A stretch of DNA of 64,000 bases from Pelotomaculum sp. UBA3102 (GTDB lineage Bacteria; Bacillota; Desulfotomaculia; Desulfotomaculales; Pelotomaculaceae), in the NCBI GenBank assembly GCA_002365865.1, contig DFAQ01000031.1:5-64004 (forward strand). Reading direction: 5' to 3'. The notes beneath the pieces are model-generated. The model had not been told where the DNA came from. It saw only the letters and a list, made by a program, of their open reading frames with translations, and made no database searches. A program made the position numbers and the translations under genes. This document shows, in pieces, positions 49,671-58,237 of this stretch (the first letter of the stretch is position 1; the number at the start of each line of letters is the position of its first letter).

Positions 49671-50189
49671 TCACTGAGGACAACGGTCTGCGCGCAATTC
49701 AGTGGAGATATCTTGATAACCGGTTGACGGAACAATGGCAACGCATATGGTCGAGTTGTTCGGGCCCTGGCCTGGCAGCACGGAAAAAGATTTTATGCAG
49801 TCCGCGTACACGCCGCTTTTCCCCGCGCCGGCGAGCAGGCTTTGGCTGGCAGCGTCGTAATAAATTAGATACTTGGTTTTGTCGGCCGCAGTACCGTCGC
49901 TAAGAATGTAAACCTTTTCGGAGCTGTCTTTGCTTCTGTAACCTGTTATGCCGCCGTCTGCATATGTCAATTCAGTGTACTTTCTCAATTCTTCCACTAT
50001 CCTGTTCATAGCCAGCCTGGCATTTTGAAACGCTTCGTAACCGGCCTCCCTTTCGTTATAAAGCCGGATGTAACTTTTTATAAGGGCCGCACCGGACAAC
50101 GTGATGACAGCTAAAATGCCGATTGTCAAAGATACCTCCAGCAGCGTAAAGCCGCGTTTATTTGACCGGAAGGTAAAATATTTTTTCAC
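49671..50189 (-). CDS. prepilin-type minor pilin (PilW-like, cluster 2)
   Basis: 172 aa. ...SNKRG/FTLLEVSLTIGILAV. Confidence 0.75.
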   Translation of the reverse strand: MKKYFTFRSNKRGFTLLEVSLTIGILAVITLSGAALIKSYIRLYNEREAGYEAFQNARLAMNRIVEELRKYTELTYADGGITGYRSKDSSEKVYILSDGTAADKTKYLIYYDAASQSLLAGAGKSGVYADCIKSFSVLPGQGPNNSTICVAIVPSTGYQDISTELRADRCPQ

Positions 50190-50265
50190 GAACTGCTTCC
50201 CATCCTCGAAAATATATTGCTTGTAAAAGATATTCTCTCTACAAGTTCAAACAACCTGTCTCACC

Positions 50266-51162
50266 TTATGGGAAACTGTAATAAATAGTCGCGTCGGCGG
50301 ATGTTGTATCCTTTAAGCCCAGAATATATTCCTGCGTGGTATCGAAAAAGCCCATGTTCCTTTCGATACTGCAGATCCTGCTACCGCCATCAGTCAAATA
50401 GCCGAACCTGAGCAACAGATTTTCACCGGCAACTACCGCTTCGAGAAAGTATTTTTTACTTGTATCAAAATCAACGGCGCCGAGTTGAATTTCATTTCCA
50501 TTGGCATATTTGTAGCGGATAAGAAATTTGTTTTTTTGCTGTCCCGTTCCCCGGGCCATAGAAAACCAGTTGTAATTTTCCTTGCTGGTACCGAATATTA
50601 TACCGCCCTGATAAGTTCCCCTGCCGCCATTTTTTATTTCGTGTTCCAGGTAGGCCGCGTAATCAAAGGCGTTGAATTTATATTTATAAAAAATATTTTG
50701 CTTTTCTTCGCTACCCACTCCTCTGACCCGGTAGATGTTATCTTTACCTTCGTCAATTACCCAAAAGTGTTCGTCGTACTCCCAGTCGTTGGAGTCAAGT
50801 TGTCTTGAAGGCGGCTGGGCGGAACAAGAGGCGCAAAGCCGGTAGGAAACCAGCACGAAAGGGGGAATGCTGGGGTCCGCCGAGGGGATGGTGACGGTTA
50901 CCTTTTTCAGATGGTCGTTTTTCGGGACTGCGGTTTCCGAAAGTATTGCAGGATTGCCCGGCTTGCCGCCGGCTTTGGTTATTTCCATCACCCTTTGGGC
51001 TTCCAGCGCCATCCTTGTGGTTTCCTTATTGGCGTAGTCGAAGCGGGTGGAAAACAAGTTTACCCTCGCAATAAAAAACAGAATTATTGAAAGCACAGCC
51101 GTCGCCACAATCAGTTCCAGGTAGCTTATACCTTGCTCGTCTTTTATACATCCAGGAGTCAT
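50266..51162 (-). CDS. prepilin-type minor pilin with an extra ~180-aa C-terminal beta-rich domain
   Basis: 298 aa. Atypical class III signal ...DEQG/ISYLELIVATAVL and a PilV-like body. From about residue 115 there is a Trp/Tyr/Gly-rich domain reminiscent of LamG/DUF1080 jelly rolls. Confidence 0.6.
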   Translation of the reverse strand: MTPGCIKDEQGISYLELIVATAVLSIILFFIARVNLFSTRFDYANKETTRMALEAQRVMEITKAGGKPGNPAILSETAVPKNDHLKKVTVTIPSADPSIPPFVLVSYRLCASCSAQPPSRQLDSNDWEYDEHFWVIDEGKDNIYRVRGVGSEEKQNIFYKYKFNAFDYAAYLEHEIKNGGRGTYQGGIIFGTSKENYNWFSMARGTGQQKNKFLIRYKYANGNEIQLGAVDFDTSKKYFLEAVVAGENLLLRFGYLTDGGSRICSIERNMGFFDTTQEYILGLKDTTSADATIYYSFP

Positions 51163-51614
51163 TTTACCGTCACCTTACCCGTAACGGAAGCCACTTCCAC
51201 GTAACACTTTTCTCCGTCATAACTCTGCAGCATAATAGTTTGGCCGGCGTTCGGTTCAGCTGTAGGGTAAAATTTAAAAGAACAGCTTCCGGCAGCTTTG
51301 ATGCCCGCCGGAAAGTTTTTGTTTTTTACAGTTTTACCTCCCTCTTTTTTTATCGTATAGCCGTTTTTGCTTACGCAAATACTGTACACTGCACCTTGAT
51401 CCACGGCCATTTGCTGCGCGCACCGGAGGTTTGCCGCCAGCTCCTGCGCCGCGCTGTAGAGGGAATAATGCTTGTGCAGGAGGCCGTAGCAGGGAAAGGC
51501 AAACGCAACCAGGACGGCTATGATGCCGATGACGATCATCAATTCCAACAAAGTAAAACCTTTTTGGTTCGTTTGCTCAAAGCTTATTCGCATGGGCAAC
51601 AGCCAGCCCTCCAA
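51159..51614 (-). CDS. prepilin-type minor pilin (GspH/FimT-like, cluster 2)
   Basis: ...TNQKG/FTLLELMIVIGIIAV. The start is either TTG at 51614 or ATG at 51593. Confidence 0.7.
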   Translation of the reverse strand: MEGWLLPMRISFEQTNQKGFTLLELMIVIGIIAVLVAFAFPCYGLLHKHYSLYSAAQELAANLRCAQQMAVDQGAVYSICVSKNGYTIKKEGGKTVKNKNFPAGIKAAGSCSFKFYPTAEPNAGQTIMLQSYDGEKCYVEVASVTGKVTVK

Positions 51615-51666
51615 TAATCAATCGTGGAGCATGGAAGTTTCAAAAGCAAAGCCTTCCCGCCTTTTG

Positions 51667-52872
51667 CTACCGCTTCAGCGTATCCAGCAGGCTGTACATA
51701 GGCAATACCACGGAAAGCACGATGATGCCCACGATCAATCCCATGATCACGGTCATTGCCGGCTCAACGATGGCGCTCAGGCGGGAAAAAGCAGCCTCGC
51801 TCTGCTGCTCGTAATTTTCAGCCATCAAACCCAGAATATTCTCCAGTTCTCCTGTTTCTTCACCTGTTTGAAAAAAATAGATAAAGAGTTCGTCGAAAAA
51901 ACTCGCCGAGGCCAAGTTCCCTGCCACCTGTTCGCCCCGCTGCAGGCCGTCGACGGCGCGCTGCACCGCTTTTTCAGCGATAGAGTTGCCGATCACCTGC
52001 TCGACAGACTCCATCGCCTGCAGCAACGGCACGCTGCTTCTTAAAAGAACGCTTAAGGTACGGCAGAAGCGGGCGTGAATTACCGCACGCAGGAGGCTAC
52101 CGGCGGCAGGAAGGTTGAGTGCAAGCCGCTCGAGGAAAAACTTTACTTTGGTTTTTTTAGCGCAGGTTATCCATAAAAACACTACAAAGGCAAGAAATAA
52201 AAGGAGATGTAAAAAATAGCTTTGCAAAAAGCCGGCACAAAAAATAACCGAGCGAGTGATGGCAGGCAGCGGCGCGCCGCTTTCCTGCAGCATCTTAAGG
52301 AGTTCGGGAAGAAGAAAGCTGATAAAGAAAATCAGCAGCCCGCACGCAGCCAAAACCAGGAAGACCGGGTAGATCATGAGCGACTGGAGCTTTTGCTTCA
52401 CACGCGCTTCGCGCTCGTAATAATCGGCCATGCTGGCCGCGACTTCTTCCAGGTTGCCGCTTATCTCACCGATGGCGAACATGCCAACCAGCAGTTTGGG
52501 GTAGCGCCCCTCGGCTTCCTCCATGACTTCTGAGAGCGAGCGCCCTGCCTGCGTCTCTGCAAAAAGTCGTCCAACTTCTGCCTGCATGGTTTTGGTGAGT
52601 TTCTGGCGGCGGAGTATGTTGAGCCCGTTCACCAGGCTGACTCCCGCGTTTAAGATGATAGACAGCTGCCGGCAAAAATAGATGACTTCCGGCAGAGCAA
52701 GTTTTTTCGCGCGTTTTCTTGCTGCCGGAACGCCTTCGGTGATTCTCACAGGCGCGTACCCCCGCGCCTTAAGCATTTCTTTGGCGCTCGCGGCATTCGG
52801 AGCACTGATCGTCCCTTCTGTTGCGGTCCCGTATGTATTGATCGCCCTGTAGTTGTAATTGGCCATAAACAC
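51667..52872 (-). CDS. pilC: PilC/GspF platform protein (cluster 2)
   Basis: 401 aa. Two GspF repeats and 3 TM segments. Confidence 0.88.
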   Translation of the reverse strand: MFMANYNYRAINTYGTATEGTISAPNAASAKEMLKARGYAPVRITEGVPAARKRAKKLALPEVIYFCRQLSIILNAGVSLVNGLNILRRQKLTKTMQAEVGRLFAETQAGRSLSEVMEEAEGRYPKLLVGMFAIGEISGNLEEVAASMADYYEREARVKQKLQSLMIYPVFLVLAACGLLIFFISFLLPELLKMLQESGAPLPAITRSVIFCAGFLQSYFLHLLLFLAFVVFLWITCAKKTKVKFFLERLALNLPAAGSLLRAVIHARFCRTLSVLLRSSVPLLQAMESVEQVIGNSIAEKAVQRAVDGLQRGEQVAGNLASASFFDELFIYFFQTGEETGELENILGLMAENYEQQSEAAFSRLSAIVEPAMTVIMGLIVGIIVLSVVLPMYSLLDTLKR

Positions 52873-52919
52873 TCCAAAAAAATAAAATTAAATCTTTCGT
52901 CCAGGCAATTTTTTCTGCT

Positions 52920-54617
52920 TCAGTAACTGTACGTTACACGGATCATCTCTTCGATCGTTGTGGTACCCTGCAGCACTTTTTCACGGCAGTTTTCCCAGAG
53001 GGTAACCATGCCGTCTTGTTTGGCCCGCTCGCGCAGGTCATCTAATGTGGCGCCCCTGTCGATCAGCAGGCGGTGCGCTTTTTCCACTTCCAGGATTTCA
53101 AATATGCCGGTGCGCCCGCGGTAACCGGTACCGCGGCAGAACGGGCAACCCCGGCCGCGGTAAAGCTTTACGCCCGCCACACCCTCCAGGCCCAGGAACC
53201 TCAGCTCTTGATCGCCCGCTGCGTATTCCTCCCTGCAGGAAGGGCACACGCGCCGCACCAACCGCTGCGCTATCACGCCGAGAAGCGAGGAAGAGACCAA
53301 GAACGGCTCGATACCTATATCGACAAGGCGCGTTACCGCCCCTGGGGCGTCGTTCGTGTGTATCGTGGAAAGCACCAGGTGGCCGGTGAGGGCAGCCCGC
53401 AGGGCGATCTCGGCTGTTTCCAGATCCCGAATCTCACCGACCATGATAATATCCGGATCCTGGCGCAGGATCGAGCGCAACCCTGTCGCAAATGTATAGC
53501 CCGTCTTCGGGTTCACCTGAGTTTGGGTGATGCCTTTGATATTGTACTCCACCGGATCTTCGATGGTGACGATGTTCTTTTTTTCATCATTAAGCTCGTT
53601 GAGCATAGTATACAGCGTGGTGGTCTTCCCGCTGCCGGTAGGCCCGGTAACCAGGACGATGCCGTAGGGGCGGGAAATAAGCCGCGAGAATCTTTCCAGG
53701 TCTTTTTCGCCCATGCCCAGTCTGCTTTTTGCGATAACGAAGGAACTCCTGTCCAGGATTCTGATGACTGCTTTTTCCCCGTGAGTGGCCGGCAGCACAG
53801 AAATGCGCAGGTCAACTTCGCGACCGTCCACCTGGTAGAAAGCGCGGCCGTCCTGGGGGGCCCTTTTTTCGGCCACGTTCATGTTAGCCATCACCTTTAT
53901 CCGGCTGATAATGGCCTGGTGCGCCCCTTTGCCGGTGACCAGGGTTTTTTGCAGAATACCGTCAACACGCTGGCGCACCCGCATTTCGTCAATGTCCGGC
54001 TCGATGTGCACGTCGCTGGCTCCCGAACGCACGGCATTGTCCAGAATGGTGTTCAAGAAGCGCACGATAGGGGCGGAGTTTACATTAAGATCCCCTGTTG
54101 CCAATGCTCCCCCTTCTTCTGGAACGGGCCCGTAGCCGTAAAGGCTGCTGAAGTCTTCCACAGCTTTTTGGGCGATACTGGAGCTGAACACCCGTTCGAC
54201 GGTGCGGAGGATCTCCCTTTCCGTAGCGATGGCCGGCTGTATGGGCAGGCCAACCAGGATCCTAACATCCTCCTGGGCAAAATAGTCCAGTGGGTCCTTC
54301 ATGGCCAGGACAAGATTTCCTCCCTCGATACGCACCGGCACTACACAGTGCCGGCGGGCGAGCGACTCCGGAATCATCCGCGCCACGCCGGTATCAATAT
54401 ATGTCCGGGGGAGATCCAGGCTCCGGATGCCTAATTGTTTTTCCAGTACTTTCAGGAATGCTTCTTCGCTGATAAACCCTTCTTCTAAAAGGATTTCCCC
54501 CAGCCTGCGCCCGGAACTGCGCTGCAAGGCGAGCGCTTTGTTCAGTTGTTCTTGCGTCAGGGCCCCGGCTGCCAGAAGAACCTCGCCGAGGCGCTTGCGT
54601 CGAGGGGTGTCCAGCAT
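52920..54617 (-). CDS. pilB: PilB/GspE assembly ATPase (cluster 2)
   Basis: GspE N-domain, Walker A GPTGSGKTTT, tetracysteine motif (CPSC...CPFC). ATG at 54617 with a GAGGTG RBS is preferred over TTG at 54632. Confidence 0.9.
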   Translation of the reverse strand: MLDTPRRKRLGEVLLAAGALTQEQLNKALALQRSSGRRLGEILLEEGFISEEAFLKVLEKQLGIRSLDLPRTYIDTGVARMIPESLARRHCVVPVRIEGGNLVLAMKDPLDYFAQEDVRILVGLPIQPAIATEREILRTVERVFSSSIAQKAVEDFSSLYGYGPVPEEGGALATGDLNVNSAPIVRFLNTILDNAVRSGASDVHIEPDIDEMRVRQRVDGILQKTLVTGKGAHQAIISRIKVMANMNVAEKRAPQDGRAFYQVDGREVDLRISVLPATHGEKAVIRILDRSSFVIAKSRLGMGEKDLERFSRLISRPYGIVLVTGPTGSGKTTTLYTMLNELNDEKKNIVTIEDPVEYNIKGITQTQVNPKTGYTFATGLRSILRQDPDIIMVGEIRDLETAEIALRAALTGHLVLSTIHTNDAPGAVTRLVDIGIEPFLVSSSLLGVIAQRLVRRVCPSCREEYAAGDQELRFLGLEGVAGVKLYRGRGCPFCRGTGYRGRTGIFEILEVEKAHRLLIDRGATLDDLRERAKQDGMVTLWENCREKVLQGTTTIEEMIRVTYSY

Positions 54618-54664
54618 AGTACACCTCGCCAAAAATTTCGTGATAACTCTATATAAAGCTGTCG

Positions 54665-54710
54665 GGAAAAAGGGCCTTTCGGCTGCAAATGCACTTTGCC
54701 GGAAAGCCCC
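54665..54710 (-). terminator. intrinsic terminator/attenuator directly after pilA2
   Basis: 12-position stem (11 pairs including one G-U, plus one mismatch) between 54672 and 54709, followed on the minus strand by U5 (54667-54671). Confidence 0.65.
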
Positions 54711-54739
54711 CGTCCCTGCTTTATTTTAGCCCTCTGCCT

Positions 54740-55267
54740 TTACTCTACTTCTACTTTTTCTTCTTCTGAGCATTTATTGCCATCTCCGTCGTAGTAGAAA
54801 ACCTGGCACTTTAATTTTTCTGGGTCTTCTGTTGAATAATAAGCTGCAAATACCGCTGCCCCTTTTGCTTTTTCTAGATTATCTCCCCATGTGTCGCTGC
54901 TGTATGGATCATTTGTTCCATCATCATTTTCTGAAAAACAGACAGCCGGAGCCGGTTTGGTAGGGTCAATTGCCCCCACCGCTGTGCTGTTGGTAAAGGG
55001 ATTGGTCAGTTTTCCCTCTAACTTTTTAGCTAAGTCTGCTTCGAAAACCGCTACTTTACCTGTTCCTTTGTATTTACCTTTCTCAATGAGTGCACATGCC
55101 TGGGCCTCGACTACCCTCATGTTTGCTTCCGTACCGGCTTCTCTAGCTGCTGCTTTCATAAAGCCCATCTTTGGAATCAGCACTAATGCCAGTATGCTAA
55201 TGATGGCGATGACGATCATCAGCTCAACGAGCGTAAAGCCCTTTTTGTTCCGCAGAAGCTTTTTCAT
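54740..55267 (-). CDS. pilA: major pilin (cluster 2)
   Basis: MKKLLRNKKG/FTLVELMIVIAIISILALVLIP. ATG at 55267 with a GAGGAGG RBS is preferred over the ORF-track start at 55327. The mature protein would be about 165 aa. Confidence 0.8.
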   Translation of the reverse strand: MKKLLRNKKGFTLVELMIVIAIISILALVLIPKMGFMKAAAREAGTEANMRVVEAQACALIEKGKYKGTGKVAVFEADLAKKLEGKLTNPFTNSTAVGAIDPTKPAPAVCFSENDDGTNDPYSSDTWGDNLEKAKGAAVFAAYYSTEDPEKLKCQVFYYDGDGNKCSEEEKVEVE

Positions 55268-55479
55268 ACCATGTATACCTCCTCTCAGCAAACTTTGCTT
55301 TTGCTTATCAGACAGCTGAATTATCAATCAACTCGCAATAAAAATCCTTTCCTTAATTTCTCACCCCCCATCATCATCCACAAGCCGTTCCTTGCCGTGC
55401 CCTCTTTTCTGCAGCAGGAATACTCAGGTACCGGGCACTTTACTAAGACCAGCTTACTTAAAGCCTGTCACCCTCCAAA

Positions 55480-56238
55480 TCATTGCGCTACAAAAAAACC
55501 CGCGTACCACGAGATAATTTTATCTCCCGCCAGCGCGGCCGCCACCGCTCCCAGGGCCAGGTAGGGGCCGAAGGGCACCGCGTCTTTCATCTTCTTCATT
55601 TTGAACAATATCATCACGGCTCCCGCTGCGCCTCCGGCGGCGAAGGCCAGGAACAGAGCCAAGAGCAGGTATTTCCATCCCAGGTAAAGCCCCATCACAG
55701 CTGCCAGCTTGATGTCGCCGCCGCCCATGCCGCCCCGGGACGCCACCGCGATCAGGAGCAGCAGCCCGCCGCCAGTCAAAAATCCTGCGGCGCCGGAGAA
55801 AAACGCCTCCTTTGACTCGACCAAGAAAGGCACACCCAAAACCAGGCCTGCTAGGTTAAGCTTGTCCGGTATTATCTTGTACTTCAAGTCGATTGCCGCA
55901 GCAGGAATCAGCATGGAAAATAGCGCGGCACACCGCAGAAAGTCCAGTGTGCAGCCGTATCTAATAAAAGCTAAGAAAAAAAGTATTCCTGTGACCACTT
56001 CTACTGCCGGGTACTGCGGGGAAATCCTGCAGCCGCAGTAGCGGCACTTCCCTTTCAGCGACATATAGCTTACAACCGGCAGCAAATCTGCAGGACGAAG
56101 AGGATGCAAGCAAGACGGGCAGTGGGACGGCGGGTACACAATTGACTTCCCCTGCGGGACCCTGCAAATGACTACGTTGAGAAAGCTGCCGACGCACGTT
56201 CCGGCCAGAAAAACCATGCCCCACAACAAAAACTCCAT
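55480..56238 (-). CDS. pilD: prepilin peptidase / N-methyltransferase (A24, PilD)
   Basis: Zinc-finger Cys pairs (CPSC...CRYCG), multiple TM helices, catalytic Asp context GGGDIKL. ATG at 56238 with a GGAGGA RBS. This is the only A24 peptidase in the window. Confidence 0.9.
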   Translation of the reverse strand: MEFLLWGMVFLAGTCVGSFLNVVICRVPQGKSIVYPPSHCPSCLHPLRPADLLPVVSYMSLKGKCRYCGCRISPQYPAVEVVTGILFFLAFIRYGCTLDFLRCAALFSMLIPAAAIDLKYKIIPDKLNLAGLVLGVPFLVESKEAFFSGAAGFLTGGGLLLLIAVASRGGMGGGDIKLAAVMGLYLGWKYLLLALFLAFAAGGAAGAVMILFKMKKMKDAVPFGPYLALGAVAAALAGDKIISWYAGFFVAQ

Positions 56239-56381
56239 CCGTTCCTCCACTGTTTTACCGTTTTTTTCGCTGATTTTCTGTCAAATGCCGCGAATCAAAC
56301 GGCATCGACGTGCATAAACTAAAACAGCCCAAACCATATTTTAAGTAACAGTTACTTAGGTTCGGGCATTATTTCACACCT

Positions 56382-56458
56382 AAGGCAACTCGGCGGCCTT
56401 GGGCAAGTCCCGGCAGGCCCGTGGTTTTGCGTCCTCCCCTTTCGGTAGAGTTTGCCTT
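56382..56458 (-). promoter_or_regulatory. c-di-GMP-I (GEMM-I) riboswitch aptamer in the leader of pilD/pilus cluster 2
   Basis: Minus-strand RNA: AAGGCAAACucuaCCGAAAGGggagGACGCAAAACCaCGGGCC...GGCCGCCGagUUGCCUU.
- It has the conserved GGCAAAC, GAAA tetraloop hairpin, GGACGCAAA-CC-CGGGCC core and closing P1 (AAGGCAA/UUGCCUU).
- It aligns almost position for position with my recollection of the Vc2 aptamer. Confidence 0.75.
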
Positions 56459-56554
56459 TTTCAATATTCAATTTATAACAAAAACTGCTAAAAACATTAC
56501 AAAAAGGAATGAGCTTTTAATTCCTATATAGTTAAAATACAACAGTTTTTCTAT

Positions 56555-56583
56555 ATTGTAAATATCAAAATCCAAAATTTCAA
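56555..56583 (-). promoter_or_regulatory. candidate sigma-A promoter for the riboswitch-pilus transcript
   Basis: Minus strand reads TTGAAA (56583-56578), a 17-nt spacer, then TACAAT (56560-56555). A weak AT-rich hairpin plus U-tract (56505-56525) lies between it and the aptamer, so the assignment is tentative. Confidence 0.35.
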
Positions 56584-56638
56584 CATTTTTTGTCACTGGT
56601 GATTTACATGAATGGCATACGCGCTGGTTTTTTTCTTT

Positions 56639-57721
56639 TCAATACCTGATAATTTTTCTTAAAACCTCCTCTTTTACGTCCCTCCTGACCGACACTTTTC
56701 CGATACCCTCCGGCAGCACAAACGTGAGCCTCCCGCCGGCGGCTTTTTTGTCGTGATAAAGGCTCTCAAGCACGGCCCCGGAAGAAAGCCCCGCCGGCAG
56801 GTCTACCGGCATGCCGGCGCGGCGCACCAGCGCTTCTATGCGCGCCCGGTCCGGGCCGGGCAGCATTCCCAGAGCTTCGGCCAGCCGCGCGGCGGCAGCC
56901 ATGCCTATCCCCACCGCTTCACCGTGAGTGTATCTCTTGTAACCGGTCAGCGCCTCAACGGCGTGCCCGACAGTGTGCCCGAAGTTCAGGATGGCCCGCA
57001 GGCCCTGCTCAGTCTCGTCCTCCTCCACCACCTTCGCCTTGACCCGGCAGGATTCCCGCACGACATGGGCCAGGGCTTTCCGCTCCCCGCACAGCAATAA
57101 TTCGATATGCTCCTCCAGCCAGGTAAAGAGCTTTGAGTCCCAAATAACACCGTACTTGATCACTTCCGCCAGGCCGGAGCGCAGCTCACGCGGCGGCAGG
57201 GTTTCGAGGGTATTTATGTCAGCGAGGACCAGGCGGGGCTGGTAAAATGCGCCGATTATGTTCTTTCCCCTGGGGTGGTTTACGGCCACCTTCCCCCCCA
57301 CACTGCTGTCCACCTGCGCGAGCAAGGTGGTAGGTACCTGGATAAAAGGCACCCCGCGCATATACGTAGCCGCCACAAAGCCGGCCACGTCTCCGACTAC
57401 CCCGCCGCCAAGAGCTACCACGGGGCTCCTGCGGTCCATTTCAGAGGTGAAAGCAGTATCGTACAGCTTCCCGGCCGTAGCCAGGGTCTTGTATTCCTCA
57501 CCGGCGCCGATTTCCGCGGTAACTACCTTAAAACCACACCCGGCAAGGCTTTTTTTAACTTTGTCACCATACATGCTTAAAACCGCCGGGTTGGAAACCA
57601 GCATTACTTTTTTCCCGCAGGCAAGTTCCTTCATGCGCCTGCCCAGATTGCCGATCACCCCGGTGCCGATATAGATATAATAACTGCGCAGACCCAGCTT
57701 AACCCGTACTGCTTCCATCAA
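56639..57721 (-). CDS. aroB: 3-dehydroquinate synthase
   Basis: 360 aa. GGGVVGDVAGFVAATYMRGVPFIQVPTTLLAQVDSSVGGK and HGEAVGIGM. Confidence 0.95.
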   Translation of the reverse strand: MMEAVRVKLGLRSYYIYIGTGVIGNLGRRMKELACGKKVMLVSNPAVLSMYGDKVKKSLAGCGFKVVTAEIGAGEEYKTLATAGKLYDTAFTSEMDRRSPVVALGGGVVGDVAGFVAATYMRGVPFIQVPTTLLAQVDSSVGGKVAVNHPRGKNIIGAFYQPRLVLADINTLETLPPRELRSGLAEVIKYGVIWDSKLFTWLEEHIELLLCGERKALAHVVRESCRVKAKVVEEDETEQGLRAILNFGHTVGHAVEALTGYKRYTHGEAVGIGMAAAARLAEALGMLPGPDRARIEALVRRAGMPVDLPAGLSSGAVLESLYHDKKAAGGRLTFVLPEGIGKVSVRRDVKEEVLRKIIRY

Positions 57722-58233
57722 ATATAATTCCTTTCGGACAGAAAGCGGATTATTTGTTCGACCGCTTCTTCCAGGTTGCAGGCGCCCGTATCGACAGTGA
57801 ACTCTGCTATATGGTAAGCTCCGTCCCGCTCCTTTAAAAGGGTCCGGATCCTTTCTTTCAAGTCACCCTTCAACAAGAGGGGGCGTATTTTTTTTCTCTT
57901 TACCCGGTGGTAAATTACCTCCGGTGCAGCAGTAAGGGCGATAAAAACACCGTTCTCGCGGAGCAACCGGACGTTTTCAGGGTTTAACACCATACCGCCG
58001 CCCGTGGAAATCACCAGGTTCCTCCTGCGGGCAAGTTTTTCCACCAGCAAAGCCTCCTCGGAGCGGAACCGGGTTTCCCCGTCCCTGGCAAAAATCCGGG
58101 CCACGGTCTTTCCAGTAATATTTTCTATCTCGACGTCCGTATCGACAAATTCCCGCCCGAGGCGCCGGGCCAACCGGCGTCCCAAGGAGGTTTTGCCCGT
58201 GCCCATAAAACCGATCAACACTATGTTTTTCAT
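57718..58233 (-). CDS. aroK: shikimate kinase
   Basis: 171 aa. P-loop GFMGTGKTS and STGGG. Confidence 0.93.
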   Translation of the reverse strand: MKNIVLIGFMGTGKTSLGRRLARRLGREFVDTDVEIENITGKTVARIFARDGETRFRSEEALLVEKLARRRNLVISTGGGMVLNPENVRLLRENGVFIALTAAPEVIYHRVKRKKIRPLLLKGDLKERIRTLLKERDGAYHIAEFTVDTGACNLEEAVEQIIRFLSERNYI

Positions 58234-58237
58234 AACT

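Noticed and set aside
53073-54434. A 453-aa plus-strand ORF antisense to pilB2. Similar long antisense ORFs lie at 43985-44728, 44725-45552, 58004-58837, 59654-60253 and 22491-23090.
   Set aside because: These are shadow ORFs opposite well-supported, motif-rich minus-strand genes in GC-rich DNA. They have Arg/Pro/Gly/Ser-rich low-complexity translations, no RBS and no recognisable domains.
55268-55479. The pilD-pilA2 intergenic region, examined for a second (class II) c-di-GMP riboswitch like the one upstream of C. difficile pilA1.
   Set aside because: I found only a generic hairpin (GUGCCC...GGGCAC). I could not find the conserved class I or class II core strings.
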